Shown here piece by piece: positions 42,801 through 51,667 of a stretch of 64,000 nt of DNA. Source of the stretch: a virus. Lineage: Duplodnaviria; Caudoviricetes. Position 1 is the first letter of the stretch; each line of letters opens with the position of its first letter. A model generated the notes under the pieces. The model was not told the origin of the DNA and ran no database searches. It saw nothing but the letters and a program-made list of their open reading frames with translations. Location of the stretch: positions 1 to 64,000 of the IMG/VR virus record IMGVR_UViG_3300011008_000038; one strand, 5' to 3'. The position numbers were made by a program, and so were the translations under genes.

Positions 42801-44669
42801 ATCTTGATAATTTCCTCGTTTATCAATTTCATATTTTAAAACATCATCATTCCATGAAGGTGAAGATTTTTCAATTTCTGTTGATATGTCTAATTCATTA
42901 ATAGTATCTGAATAAAAGAAAAATGTTTTAAATATTCTATTAACAATTTCTTTAGATTCATCTGATTCTGTTGGGATATATACATCAGGAAAATGATGTT
43001 CTATATTCAATGGATATGGTTTCCAAACCTTATTATCAAAATCATATTCAAATGTCCAGAAATCTGTTGATTCTATTGGTCTTCTAAATCTTAATTGATG
43101 AGATAATTCTTGTATATTTTCCCATTGAATAAATCTATTTTTAACTTGACCAATTAATTGTGAAATATAATATTTATCAACCAATAATCTTGGAATATAA
43201 ATTATTGGACTAAATTTATGAAAAAAATTTCTATTACTATTTGATTTTGTTAATAACCATTCTGAATTATCTTGTTTTATTTCCAATGATTTAATTATTT
43301 CTAAATATAAATCAAATAAATCATTATATTCAACATCAAGATCCATTTGATGTTTGTATAAAAAATCATTGTATAATTCTTTTACAATATTTCCACATGT
43401 TTTTAGTATATCACATTGATCAATAAATTCTTCAGATGTATGAGATGATTTTAAAAAGAATCTAAAATTTTCATAAGAGTTTGCTAATTCAACAGTAGCA
43501 TCTCTTAATGGTTTCAATTCAATTTCTAATTTATCATACATTTCAATTTCAGGTGAATTGAACGAATCTGACAAAACAATTGGTCTTATCATTGTTTTCC
43601 ATTCAGATTCTACATTTTCATCACCCGATCCAATATCCGCATATACTTGTTTTAATTCTCCTTCAGATGTTTTTACAAAGAAAGCTTGTTGATTTTTCAA
43701 TACAGCTACTCGATCCATATTTGATGAATATGATCTATAAATTACATCTGTTGGTAATAGGATTGGATATTCGTGAAAATATTTTGGAACAATAATACTC
43801 ATATATATCCATTCTCGTGGTTCTGAATAAATTATATTCTTATTTCTTTCACTAATATTATCTAAATTGATATACCAATTATCATTAACAGATAAAAATT
43901 CAATATTCTCTCCTATAACATCTACTGTTTTATTATCATTTCTACCTTCTTGAATCCTATTAAATGTACAAATAAAATGTTTATCTTTTAATACTCTTTG
44001 ATCCTCAATATATTCTGCTGGAATTCTCCACTTCCACTGATTTAATACTAATTCATTTGTAATCTTAATTCTACATTGAGCTATTGTATCAAATTTATAA
44101 ATATAAATAGGATAATTATTTTTTAACCATCTTTCATTAAATTTAAATTCTAAAATAGTTTCTCTATCATCAATTCTAATTTTATATTCAGAATAAATTC
44201 GTTGGTTGATGAATAATAAGATAGCAAAATGAAATACATCATAATTATTCAATATTTCAGTAATATCAATCCATTTACGAAAATATTGTTTTAATTTAAA
44301 ATTATTTCTATCTGATACATTTAAAATACTCTCAGTATTAATTCTAACTTGACATGTTGATGTATTTGATAATATTGTAACATCACTCATATGTCCAAAC
44401 CAACTATAGAAATTTACATTAGCATGATTAGAAGCTTTTAATTTATTTGAATTATTAAAATATAATTCATTTAGTGATTCATTTAACAATTCTTCATTAA
44501 ATGAATTATTCAATATAGCTTCATTTCTAATAATTGATGATCTACTACCATCGCTATCGGGTAAAACATATCCTTCTTTAGTTAAATTATCTTTATAATC
44601 ATTAACATCTGATGTATTTGGAAAATCATCATGATGATTATTATTATCATTGGGAAACATTGTTTTCAT
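36849..44669 (-). CDS. Very large putative virion structural (baseplate/tail) protein
   Basis: 2606 aa; GxGYxxG(D/Q) repeats (GNSGSGYKIGD, DPGAGYSTGQ, SGGVLHKFGD), long helical middle region, beta-rich ends. Function is inferred. Confidence 0.6.
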   Translation of the reverse strand: MKTMFPNDNNNHHDDFPNTSDVNDYKDNLTKEGYVLPDSDGSRSSIIRNEAILNNSFNEELLNESLNELYFNNSNKLKASNHANVNFYSWFGHMSDVTILSNTSTCQVRINTESILNVSDRNNFKLKQYFRKWIDITEILNNYDVFHFAILLFINQRIYSEYKIRIDDRETILEFKFNERWLKNNYPIYIYKFDTIAQCRIKITNELVLNQWKWRIPAEYIEDQRVLKDKHFICTFNRIQEGRNDNKTVDVIGENIEFLSVNDNWYINLDNISERNKNIIYSEPREWIYMSIIVPKYFHEYPILLPTDVIYRSYSSNMDRVAVLKNQQAFFVKTSEGELKQVYADIGSGDENVESEWKTMIRPIVLSDSFNSPEIEMYDKLEIELKPLRDATVELANSYENFRFFLKSSHTSEEFIDQCDILKTCGNIVKELYNDFLYKHQMDLDVEYNDLFDLYLEIIKSLEIKQDNSEWLLTKSNSNRNFFHKFSPIIYIPRLLVDKYYISQLIGQVKNRFIQWENIQELSHQLRFRRPIESTDFWTFEYDFDNKVWKPYPLNIEHHFPDVYIPTESDESKEIVNRIFKTFFFYSDTINELDISTEIEKSSPSWNDDVLKYEIDKRGNYQDIFMEKFYWLGVRSIYKGILNTKYRWEAIEYIIDNKSYNRFNQLFIQSSDPYFKMGLATYLKSSNNEFPFDYSVDKMNEAINSNFMNYKKITAYENYLYKTWSPQYFDSEFTLQDTNKIIEENVLYRPDYSFDIERIIPIIFNLQNDIKNHIGNLEIDVDWILNNLLIEDYDLIIEFYTRLKNNLSIIQSNSDKLLNDINKLDLAIYGHEEINSLINSIKIHEALVNDINTLLSDIHNDSVSKDVCENKKDIQDRLQIALENKVSYEVDNICSIMNNFDIDNFMRIMNELSVYKVYNKETGENDISLIGYINQFENSWGHDVKEKRTKLFKSTSLLHAKFDPDKSYTEEEINDFIDTVSEVKNDLNNLSKEINKYWIYFDQKEDKDLLTKLDNAYDVINLLQFNIERYMEARIKLIDSFNLVYSILEEFESLYLGNTEKEFDNNIRNYIDKILYYVSYIAGKNNSVRSNSELLNAISESNKWKEFINHEFEVFDRIYSISNDTNVFVTYVIPYHDILISLANYLNRVNEEFFEVNTHPNYSDFYKINDIEIVSGGVLHKFGDELFIPNLGFYRITEVSDNIQRATTIESLNYYNWQLLNPKDNLNLFEGITNGDGIGILVKPLSVEHIYYTDDSLAKSYISEIINILNQIGKNLSNPNRYNNKHLESILNSISVIKNKWDIIKEKCVNHIQQDTVDYVDTLFRSLERINRLCNTYIDIRNNIDVDSIITNIESLVTDSYEYAKTNNKTTVEYNFYHERFLNNYSNLSNFYNNGTDWSNGEELISILKDITYELRIYYNWDIEDLHKDEFDNLFNSIINSIEYVINNIPLLSKEYNPILNQIDKINRDIEKNSDLFELLNPYYYIKSSTIGNSGSGYKIGDIVQLDYENDIILYQVRKIDTNGEVISVAPIMNYALPNQLSGSYKTIARVGNGKKLMVNISSSKITSSLFTLLWDESSDEYINDQYNESDLVRFDLNNTYDLNTSYEVFIGGKQTSDFIIRHADNKDKIYIKANKIMNIKNNSIYIPGKDYFIYKINDFTIIDPGAGYSTGQDIFIDGSESYVKAIVSELDSTPFKGIKSLDTDDTSIVVEKTNPAIIAGSVIKDSVNNIDDEYNNGYYDKLTSDGIAKYAINGPDKEEYTYIAKRYDDLAIGDRNKSFIYPTIDWNKSIGDPTFHWLIGSSYDKGHEYNRIENVIEPIDGIIPYEDRIPNNQSFKNEFQFLKRERICNNGSNMNGYVFDKLPYDTDEWEDGNINDWIIIENDPNYDGHRTAYRIKTFSGSNRYIYDDPIIVDNEWNKFHVDFYDTNSYIHQIKLSDLSVYNYTLKRWENLSDTNIWTLETFDYGFDLLYHNDEIHNYDMRLYLNKSAYSQMKNENLKRNATISIKSSIIDKVITDPINISINTNNKVKIRKLLPFEQRETFILGNDYGYEINFKLANYMHYRNEIHLEDIKIFNKSANRFEDLSDTTKFEIRFKDDKATNRGFETQTKIVNCAIAKTGDEFVNGNVWCYNQFYDTHVFGIVTADMSNNGSGILTFKPLHFVNPPKENITLQFECYQRDSQSQKQCARINIEFVTEKIEVYGDGYIHNVTNKLAPVPEEIKIVCLYDLYEPIEYEVIISKTSRVYTFIDDHWIMSPTIHIDDYQIPSDRIYLMTEQGRYPLVNPSTGKPSLLVNETESGTDITFLNLYKAFDKLEFHVVPYPMRSVYTQHLVPSNGYIDLTGKLNKPLNKKYYEFWMNGRLLDNEVTIITPTKLILHGLQSLRNFEIVEINRDSNEYFSDNFLEVEFTKYDRPHLRYNLTTYLDDALTGNLEGDNYTLEEQEYLLTPVWKQVSVDNEEFKQYPINTNNETDILTRVEETDTLDQITEATYQYLIINTPTLEAKPFADRNMTFSQFGFKPITDEMIVDMLNEVWNEEIENNVIGERSVIGNNEWYGYVVRMFNEYGEFVTNISEAAYFITDSNYLRIDNVEKNARIIIREKEYDLD

Positions 44670-44794
44670 ATAATTATCATTCCCTTCGAGAAAATTGAAA
44701 TAAATTAAGTCAAATATTATCTATTTCGTTGAAAATGTTACCTTTCTTTAATATTAAGATATATATAATTTTTTAAATATTGGAGGTTATTGAA

Positions 44795-45694
44795 ATGAAT
44801 GTTGAAATAATTAATAATATACAAAAGAAAATAGATTCATTGGAATCATCATTCGAGAATATGAATAAAAAATTAAATGCTTTATTAATTGATAATCAAT
44901 CACTTGTTAAGAGAAATAATTTGATAAAACCATCAATAGCTACAAAGATTTCATATGACGGAAATGGATTAATATTAAAAGGTGAAGATTTAGAGGAATC
45001 TGATATTCCAACATTATCAATTGATAAGATAAAAGGATTAAGAAGAAAATTAAATAAAAAAATTAATAAATCAGAAATAAATAATTTATTAGTTAATGAA
45101 GATAGAGAATTAAAGAAAACTGATATAATTGGTACTGGATGTAAAGTAAATTATGATAGGAATGGATTAATAATAAATACATCGAATTTATTACAAGAAG
45201 ATATTCCAGAATTATCAATTGATAAAATTATTGGATTATCAAAAGAATTAGATTATATTAAATCATTAATTAATAATGCTACTGAAGAAAATAAATCAAA
45301 TGATAAAATTATTGATAATAATATTATACAATTCAATGATAATAAAAAATTAACAGAAAATGATATTCCAATATCAATAATAAATAGATTGAATAAGTTA
45401 GAAGCAAATTTTATAAAATTTGCTTCTAAACAAATATCATCAGATAAATTAATTAAACTAATAGAGAATATTAAATCAGAAAAAGATAATAATGATAATA
45501 TTATAAATACTATTAGTAAAAAAGAATCATCTAAAAATAATGATAATGAAAATATTTTAAATAGAATAAATTCATTAGAATTATCAATGCAAAAAATATT
45601 AAATCAATTTCATAAAATTTCTGAATTATTAAAATTAAATAAGAGATTAGAATCTATAGAAAATAGATTAACTAAATTAGAAAATAATAAATAA
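44795..45694 (+). CDS. Coiled-coil protein with tail-fibre-like repeats
   Basis: Repeats KISYDGNGLI...DIPTLSIDKIKGL / KVNYDRNGLI...DIPELSIDKIIGL; GGAGG SD. Confidence 0.65.
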   Translation: MNVEIINNIQKKIDSLESSFENMNKKLNALLIDNQSLVKRNNLIKPSIATKISYDGNGLILKGEDLEESDIPTLSIDKIKGLRRKLNKKINKSEINNLLVNEDRELKKTDIIGTGCKVNYDRNGLIINTSNLLQEDIPELSIDKIIGLSKELDYIKSLINNATEENKSNDKIIDNNIIQFNDNKKLTENDIPISIINRLNKLEANFIKFASKQISSDKLIKLIENIKSEKDNNDNIINTISKKESSKNNDNENILNRINSLELSMQKILNQFHKISELLKLNKRLESIENRLTKLENNK

Positions 45695-45740
45695 TTTTTA
45701 TTTTTTCAAAATTAAAAAATTGAACAATATCCCGAAGAAT

Positions 45741-45856
45741 TATTTTTACAAATAATTTGTATATCATATAAATATGATATACAAATAGTATATCATATTA
45801 TACAAATTACTACAATGTAATTTGTATAATTTTTACAAATATATATTTGTAAAAAT
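45741..45856. repeat. Cluster of three tandem inverted repeats built on TACAAA/TTTGTA
   Basis: Arms 45755-69 / 45772-86 (15 bp), 45797-810 / 45817-30 (14 bp), and a perfect 28-bp palindrome at 45829-45856. Confidence 0.8.
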
Positions 45857-45948
45857 ATATCATTGAAATTTTGACTTTCTGCAAAATTGAAAATAAAAAT
45901 ATTATTAATTATATACATAATATTATAAGCAAAAAATAAAATAATAAA

Positions 45949-45992
45949 AAATATTGATATGTATCGGAACGTTCCGATACATATCAATATTT
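45949..45992. terminator. Perfect 44-bp palindrome at the helicase stop
   Basis: AAATATTGATATGTATCGGAAC|GTTCCGATACATATCAATATTT. Confidence 0.65.
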
Positions 45993-47415
45993 ACATATTT
46001 AAATAAATTACTTCTTTAACCAATGTTTTTATTTTTTTAAATCTAGATTTAAAATACCAATTCACAGGAGGAATACAAACATCAATAATATCAAAGAAAT
46101 ATGTATCTTTATCGGAAGCATACTCTCTAAGTCTACCAATCATTTGTTGTGCTAATACTTTAGATGCTATTGGTATTCCAAGTATAACGCATCTTAATCC
46201 TTTGATATCTGTACCTGTACCTAAACTTTTTTCAGTAGATACAATTATATCTTTTTTCTTAGTAGATTCTTTTTCTTCTTTATCAATTTTAGAATGATAT
46301 GCTCCAATAGATTTATTTGTTATATCTTTTTTTAACTTATCACATACTTCTTCAACAGAATCTATTGTTGGTACAAATATCAATATCTTGCCATCTAAAT
46401 TTTCAACTTTCTTTATTATTTCAAGCATTGTGTTATACATGGTTTGATTTTGATCATTGTGATATGCATACTTAGCATATTTTGGAGTTGTGAATCCTGG
46501 AAAAGCTAATAACTTAGCTCTACTTTTCATACTAATATTACTATTAACATTTACTACGTAATATTGCACATGCTTTCTTTGTATTTTAATAGATTCATTT
46601 TCTCCAAATGTATCTATCATTTGAAAACATTTTTTAAAACAAGCTGATTCTGTTTTATCTGATCTATCAAAAGTTGCCGTAATATAAAATGTCTTCTTTG
46701 TATTTGAATAAAAATCAATTAGTAAAATATTTGCAAAATTTAAATGTGCTTCATCGTAAACTTTAATTCCTACTCTTAATTTCTTAATGAACTCATGAAA
46801 TTGATATCCTCCAACCTGCATAAGATAACTATGTAATGTTCCATGATTCACTATAAAAATATCTGTATTTTCAATATTTATAGAATCATCCATTATTTGA
46901 TTTATTATATTACTACCAGTTATATTAATAATATGCTTAGGTTTATAATCAAACATGTTTGTTAGCGTTTTCAACCATTGTGTTTTGATAATATCAGTTG
47001 GAACAATGATCAAAGTTTTAATATTTTGATTTGTTATTGCAAGTGATACACAAACAGTTTTGCCTATTCCAGTAGCTAGATTGAGAGATAATTGATTAGA
47101 ATCTTTATTTAAAAAATTAATTGCTCTTTCTTGTAATTCATTTCTAGCTTCAACAAATGCTTCATGTTCTTCACTCATTTCATCAAATGGATCTGAAAAT
47201 CTTTTATATGTGGCTTTTTCTGATAATAAATTTTCCAATTTACCAATATTCATTCCTGCTGGTAAATATAACTTATTATTCTCAATCATATATCCGCAAG
47301 CATATGTTTTATCTGCAAATTTATCAATAGCAGTAAACATATCTTCTATCAATGGAATATCTCCTTTTATATATGGATATACTTCAATATGAGTATTATA
47401 AACATCAATATTCAA
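45991..47415 (-). CDS. SF2 DNA helicase (UvsW-like)
   Basis: LATGIGKT (motif I), VYDEAH (II), ITAT (III), LGTGTDI (V), QQMIGRLR (VI). Confidence 0.9.
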   Translation of the reverse strand: MNIDVYNTHIEVYPYIKGDIPLIEDMFTAIDKFADKTYACGYMIENNKLYLPAGMNIGKLENLLSEKATYKRFSDPFDEMSEEHEAFVEARNELQERAINFLNKDSNQLSLNLATGIGKTVCVSLAITNQNIKTLIIVPTDIIKTQWLKTLTNMFDYKPKHIINITGSNIINQIMDDSINIENTDIFIVNHGTLHSYLMQVGGYQFHEFIKKLRVGIKVYDEAHLNFANILLIDFYSNTKKTFYITATFDRSDKTESACFKKCFQMIDTFGENESIKIQRKHVQYYVVNVNSNISMKSRAKLLAFPGFTTPKYAKYAYHNDQNQTMYNTMLEIIKKVENLDGKILIFVPTIDSVEEVCDKLKKDITNKSIGAYHSKIDKEEKESTKKKDIIVSTEKSLGTGTDIKGLRCVILGIPIASKVLAQQMIGRLREYASDKDTYFFDIIDVCIPPVNWYFKSRFKKIKTLVKEVIYLNM

Positions 47416-47440
47416 AATTTAATCTCACTCCTTGATAAAA

Positions 47441-47478
47441 AATTAATAGATAACCTTATAACAGGTTATCTATTAATT
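47441..47478. terminator. Hairpin
   Basis: AATTAATAGATAACCT-TATAAC-AGGTTATCTATTAATT. Confidence 0.6.
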
Positions 47479-47485
47479 TAAGTAT

Positions 47486-47986
47486 TTAAAGAATATGATA
47501 TATTTGCATTATCGTAAAATTTGTATTTGGTATTACGTTGGTAAATATTTTTTTAATGAAGAATAATGGATCAATACCATATTTTATCATATAATAGAAA
47601 TTATTAAATTCTTTCTTTAATAATCTCAACGGCATGATTTTTTTATTAATTTCAGTTTGATAATTAAATCCTTCAAGATCTATTTTTATATTGAAACCAG
47701 ATTCAACTTCAGAATCATTTAATTGTATCCAATTATTTTCATTAATTGATAAAATATGTGGTAATAAACTTTTTATTCTTTCATTATTAGAGAATTCATA
47801 TTTTTCCGGAATAACATATGGTGCCAAATCTTGATCTGGAATTATTATTACATATGAAGAATACTTTTTTCTTCGTCCGAAAATAAATCCATCCATATAT
47901 TCCAGTCCAGTAAATTTACATCTTTCAACAACGTAGTTGAAATATTCGACTGCGTCTTGAATAGTAGGTTCTTTCTTTTTTCCCAT
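47486..47986 (-). CDS. Hypothetical protein
   Basis: 166 aa, GAGGAG SD; overlaps the 3' end of the HD gene by 139 nt. Confidence 0.65.
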   Translation of the reverse strand: MGKKKEPTIQDAVEYFNYVVERCKFTGLEYMDGFIFGRRKKYSSYVIIIPDQDLAPYVIPEKYEFSNNERIKSLLPHILSINENNWIQLNDSEVESGFNIKIDLEGFNYQTEINKKIMPLRLLKKEFNNFYYMIKYGIDPLFFIKKIFTNVIPNTNFTIMQIYHIL

Positions 47987-48675
47987 ATTTTTTTCTCCTC
48001 CAATTTTATATTGATATCTGTATCATATAATTTTCGATAATATTCTTCAGCTTGAATTGAATATTTATTTTTGTATTTCATTCCATCTAATAATCTAGTA
48101 TAATATAATCCTTTATTATAATTTAATTCATCACCATTATCACCAAATACAATTTTATCCAGATCACACCATGTTTCAATTCCATTTGTAATTCTCCAAT
48201 AATTTGATGATAATTTATCACATAACATTGTAATATTAACATATTCTCTCGTATCTGCAGACAATATCTTTTCCATTATTTCAATGATTGGTATTGAATG
48301 AAACAATACAGAATACAATATTTTTCCATCTATAACATTGAATGGATAATTTGATAAAAATTCTGCACTTCGATATGCATGTGTTGAAAGTGAGTTATAC
48401 ATTGAATCTGACAAGAAAAATCGTTTTCTGTTAGATGTATTCTTTTGATAAAATGTAGAAAATTTACTTTCTCTATCCTTTAATAAATCATGACTCCATG
48501 CGATTAGTGGAAATAATTCTTTATCAAATTTAAATTTATCATATTTATCTGCAATTATGTTCATGTATTTTTCCATTACAAAACAATGCCACATGTGATA
48601 TCCAAATTCTTTTTCATTCATATGCAATAATATATTCAAATTGATTAATGTTTTTAATAAATAAAGGTTATTCAT
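47848..48675 (-). CDS. HD-domain phosphohydrolase
   Basis: H (YHMWH), HD (AWSHDLLKD), H (THAY), H (LFHS), D (LCDK); GGAGG SD. Confidence 0.75.
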   Translation of the reverse strand: MNNLYLLKTLINLNILLHMNEKEFGYHMWHCFVMEKYMNIIADKYDKFKFDKELFPLIAWSHDLLKDRESKFSTFYQKNTSNRKRFFLSDSMYNSLSTHAYRSAEFLSNYPFNVIDGKILYSVLFHSIPIIEIMEKILSADTREYVNITMLCDKLSSNYWRITNGIETWCDLDKIVFGDNGDELNYNKGLYYTRLLDGMKYKNKYSIQAEEYYRKLYDTDINIKLEEKKIWEKRKNLLFKTQSNISTTLLKDVNLLDWNIWMDLFSDEEKSILHM

Positions 48676-48734
48676 GATAAATTAGTTAACCCTCCTATAT
48701 ATAGTTATATATTAATAATATATAATTATGAAAT

Positions 48735-48744
48735 GATATATTAT
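48735..48744 (+). promoter_or_regulatory. Candidate promoter GATATATTAT (divergent TATATATTAT on the minus strand at 48715-48724)
   Basis: Back-to-back motif copies between divergent genes. Confidence 0.45.
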
Positions 48745-48778
48745 TTATAATATAATAAAGAAATGGAGATATTTATTC

Positions 48779-49432
48779 ATGTTTAAAAACAAATTCATTT
48801 TTGTTAAGCTAGCAATATTCATTAAATTATTGCTATTATTTGTGTTATGTTCAGATTCACAAGCTATTGAATTCAAACGATCTGAAATTAGACAATATGT
48901 TGGAAGTGATATAATTATATTGAATAATTACACACTTAAAAGATATTCGACACCTGATGAATATTATAAAAATTTAGATTATTATTCTTTTCTGGCATAT
49001 ATGAGTTATAAAAGTATTAAACTTAGAAATAGTCCAGCTTATAAAATAACTCATTCTAATTTAGCATACACAGATACAAATGGATATCGTAGATATAAAA
49101 TTGATATAAATAAATTTTCAATAAATAATCAAGATGATTATATTGTTGCGATTGGGAATTATTATAAAACACAAGGATCTGCTGGTGATAGATTTTTAAT
49201 TGTAACTGATAAAGCTATGTATACAATCATAGTTGGTGATGAAAAGAGTGATTATCACACAGATAAACTTCATATGGTAGAAATGAGAAAAAATAATAGA
49301 GGTAATATGATAGAATTTATTGCTGATATAAAAAGGCTAGAAAAAAGAGTTAAAAGAATGGGATCTGTAACTGCTAGTAAAAATGAAATAATTAATGGTA
49401 GAATTACACATATTTACAAAATAATTGAATAA
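48779..49432 (+). CDS. Signal-peptide-bearing exported protein (possible double-psi beta-barrel / cell-wall-associated)
   Basis: Basic N-terminus plus hydrophobic core and SQA| site; YTDTNGYR, YIVAIGNYY, GDRF, IVGDEK, MIEFIAD motifs. Confidence 0.55.
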   Translation: MFKNKFIFVKLAIFIKLLLLFVLCSDSQAIEFKRSEIRQYVGSDIIILNNYTLKRYSTPDEYYKNLDYYSFLAYMSYKSIKLRNSPAYKITHSNLAYTDTNGYRRYKIDINKFSINNQDDYIVAIGNYYKTQGSAGDRFLIVTDKAMYTIIVGDEKSDYHTDKLHMVEMRKNNRGNMIEFIADIKRLEKRVKRMGSVTASKNEIINGRITHIYKIIE

Positions 49433-49435
49433 TAT

Positions 49436-49466
49436 TAATAGGCTCTCTTTAAAAGAGAGCCTATTA
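49436..49466. terminator. 15-bp-arm palindrome between convergent genes
   Basis: TAATAGGCTCTCTTT-A-AAAGAGAGCCTATTA. Confidence 0.7.
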
Positions 49467-49471
49467 TCTTT

Positions 49472-50551
49472 TTATATCAACATTGGCAAATTAATTGGAA
49501 AATCATAAAATCTTCTTGTATTTAATTCTTCCAAAGATTTCATATCAAATTTATCAACAATTTGATTTTTAATATTTTCTATATTTGCATCATTCATTAA
49601 ATTATATTGAGTAACTATATCTGTACATTGAAATGATTCTTTAATGTTATCAGCATATTTATCTGGAAATATTTCAATAATACTATCTATTGATTTAAAA
49701 TCATTTAATAAAATATTATTATTCTTTCCATAGTTAATACAATCTAATAGTTTTTCAATCGCAAAACCTCTAGGAGATTTTATATTACGAATTTTACTTC
49801 CTTTAATTGATAATAATAATTTATAATATAATTCATTACTAAATATTGATAATTCGAATGGTGATTTATTTTTTATTATACTATAAACTATTTCATCGGG
49901 TGATATTAATATTAAAGAATTTCCAAATCTTCTGTTAATATATAGAGTATTAAAATTCCCCTGGAACATATAAAGTGAATCAAATATGTCTCCCGAAAGA
50001 ATTATATTTTTATTATCAGAAAATGTACTGATTGTATATGGAATTATACTACTATCAAACATATCAGATTCGATAAAATAACAATCAGGAACGTATGATA
50101 ATATTAATTTTAATTCTTTAATAATTATAGATTGTAGTATATCGCCAAGTTCTTTAAACGCAGCATTTTTTGTGTAAAGATTTTTATAATAATCGCGATA
50201 TTGATTATTATAAATTTTCATTTCTTGTGGAAAATTCTTTAATGATGTATAATATAAATAAATCTTTGTTTTGATATTATCTTTTTTGAAATAAGCTTTA
50301 TAATGTGCAATTAAATTTAATACACATGATTCTATTTCCAGAACCATATTTTGTTTATACAATGTAACTATTGTAGATAAGTTTTTCTGCAAAGTTAAAT
50401 TTTTCATTATACATTCAAAATTGATATATATGTTTATAGTATCATTTGAATAATATTGAAAATTTTGTTTATTTAAATAATTTTTAAATTCAACCCATTT
50501 TAGCATATATATGCCAGCACAAATACCTATTCCTGGGATATATTTTTCCAT
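49472..50551 (-). CDS. Degenerate 5'-3' exonuclease (PIN/H3TH)-like protein
   Basis: IYINFECI / FDSSIIP / LSGDIFD / KGSKIRNIKSPRGF are collinear with LVDFNNL / EADDIIG / SSDRDL / QGDRSDNIPGIYGI of the 20515-21399 protein. Confidence 0.5.
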   Translation of the reverse strand: MEKYIPGIGICAGIYMLKWVEFKNYLNKQNFQYYSNDTINIYINFECIMKNLTLQKNLSTIVTLYKQNMVLEIESCVLNLIAHYKAYFKKDNIKTKIYLYYTSLKNFPQEMKIYNNQYRDYYKNLYTKNAAFKELGDILQSIIIKELKLILSYVPDCYFIESDMFDSSIIPYTISTFSDNKNIILSGDIFDSLYMFQGNFNTLYINRRFGNSLILISPDEIVYSIIKNKSPFELSIFSNELYYKLLLSIKGSKIRNIKSPRGFAIEKLLDCINYGKNNNILLNDFKSIDSIIEIFPDKYADNIKESFQCTDIVTQYNLMNDANIENIKNQIVDKFDMKSLEELNTRRFYDFPINLPMLI

Positions 50552-50568
50552 AATATATTTTTCACTTC

Positions 50569-51528
50569 CTATATTCGTATTTTTACAATATTAATATTAT
50601 CGATTGTAACTCCCACATCTTTTGATAATGAATTCTTACAAATATAAATATTTTTAAATAACCATTTATAATCTTTTAATTTTAGTTTTAAAAACTTTTC
50701 ATTTATATTAGAATCAATATAAATATTGACACTAACATTATTTCCAGCAATTCCTTTGGCTATAGCATATTCAATTCCACTAATATAATTAGATCCTAAA
50801 GTTGCAATATATACACTATTTTCTTCTCTGAAATTTTTATATATTGATATAACATCAAATATTCCTTCAGCAATATTTAATATTATATCATCAAATAAAT
50901 TAACAGTAGTTTTTATTGTGTATAATGATTGAGTATCATTTTCAAATAATTTTAATTTTCTCCATCTGTATTTGTAATCATCTGAAAATGATCTATTTAA
51001 TAATAATGAATTATCATCAGATAAGAATGATATGCTATTATCATTATTTGGTAATATATTTCTAATATTTGGATCTGTTATTGAATCTTTTATGATATTC
51101 ATATCACAAATGATTCTAAATAATAAAAAATCATCTACATTTAGACCAGATCCTAATCGATAATTAATATAATCAATTTGTCGTTGAATTAAACTAATAT
51201 CACCTAATTCAATATTTTTATTATTCTTCAATGACATTAATCGATTATATTTTTGATTTTCTAAAACTGTATCAAATTTATCACGAATACCTAATTTGTT
51301 TAAAAAGAACTTGTTAACTGTACCTTTACTATTACATAGAAAACAATTATACAAAATAGGTTCTGATAAATTATTTGAACATTTTAGATAGCAATGAGCA
51401 TCTTTTAAATTTTTGGAAGAGTCACCACAAATTGGACATCTAATTCTGTATTCTTCTGAATTAATTTTTCTGAATACATCTGAATGAGATTGAATCTCAT
51501 TTAACATTTCAAATTTAACATTATTCAT
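50569..51528 (-). CDS. DNA primase (Zn finger plus Toprim)
   Basis: RCPICGD...CFLC; IAEGIFDVIS; IYIDSN; KDVG. Confidence 0.85.
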   Translation of the reverse strand: MNNVKFEMLNEIQSHSDVFRKINSEEYRIRCPICGDSSKNLKDAHCYLKCSNNLSEPILYNCFLCNSKGTVNKFFLNKLGIRDKFDTVLENQKYNRLMSLKNNKNIELGDISLIQRQIDYINYRLGSGLNVDDFLLFRIICDMNIIKDSITDPNIRNILPNNDNSISFLSDDNSLLLNRSFSDDYKYRWRKLKLFENDTQSLYTIKTTVNLFDDIILNIAEGIFDVISIYKNFREENSVYIATLGSNYISGIEYAIAKGIAGNNVSVNIYIDSNINEKFLKLKLKDYKWLFKNIYICKNSLSKDVGVTIDNINIVKIRI

Positions 51529-51667
51529 TTTTATTATTTAACAAAATTCCTTTCATTATGATTATAAATATATAATATATAATTTTATAATGATATATTC
51601 TTATAGAGTATAATGAAGTTTCTTATACAATAATTATTTAAAAACTATTTAGGAGGATTTTAATATT

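Noticed and set aside
45741-45992. CRISPR array or coding ORF 45793-45987
   Set aside because: The repeats are inverted without spacers, and the ORF is low-complexity with no SD.
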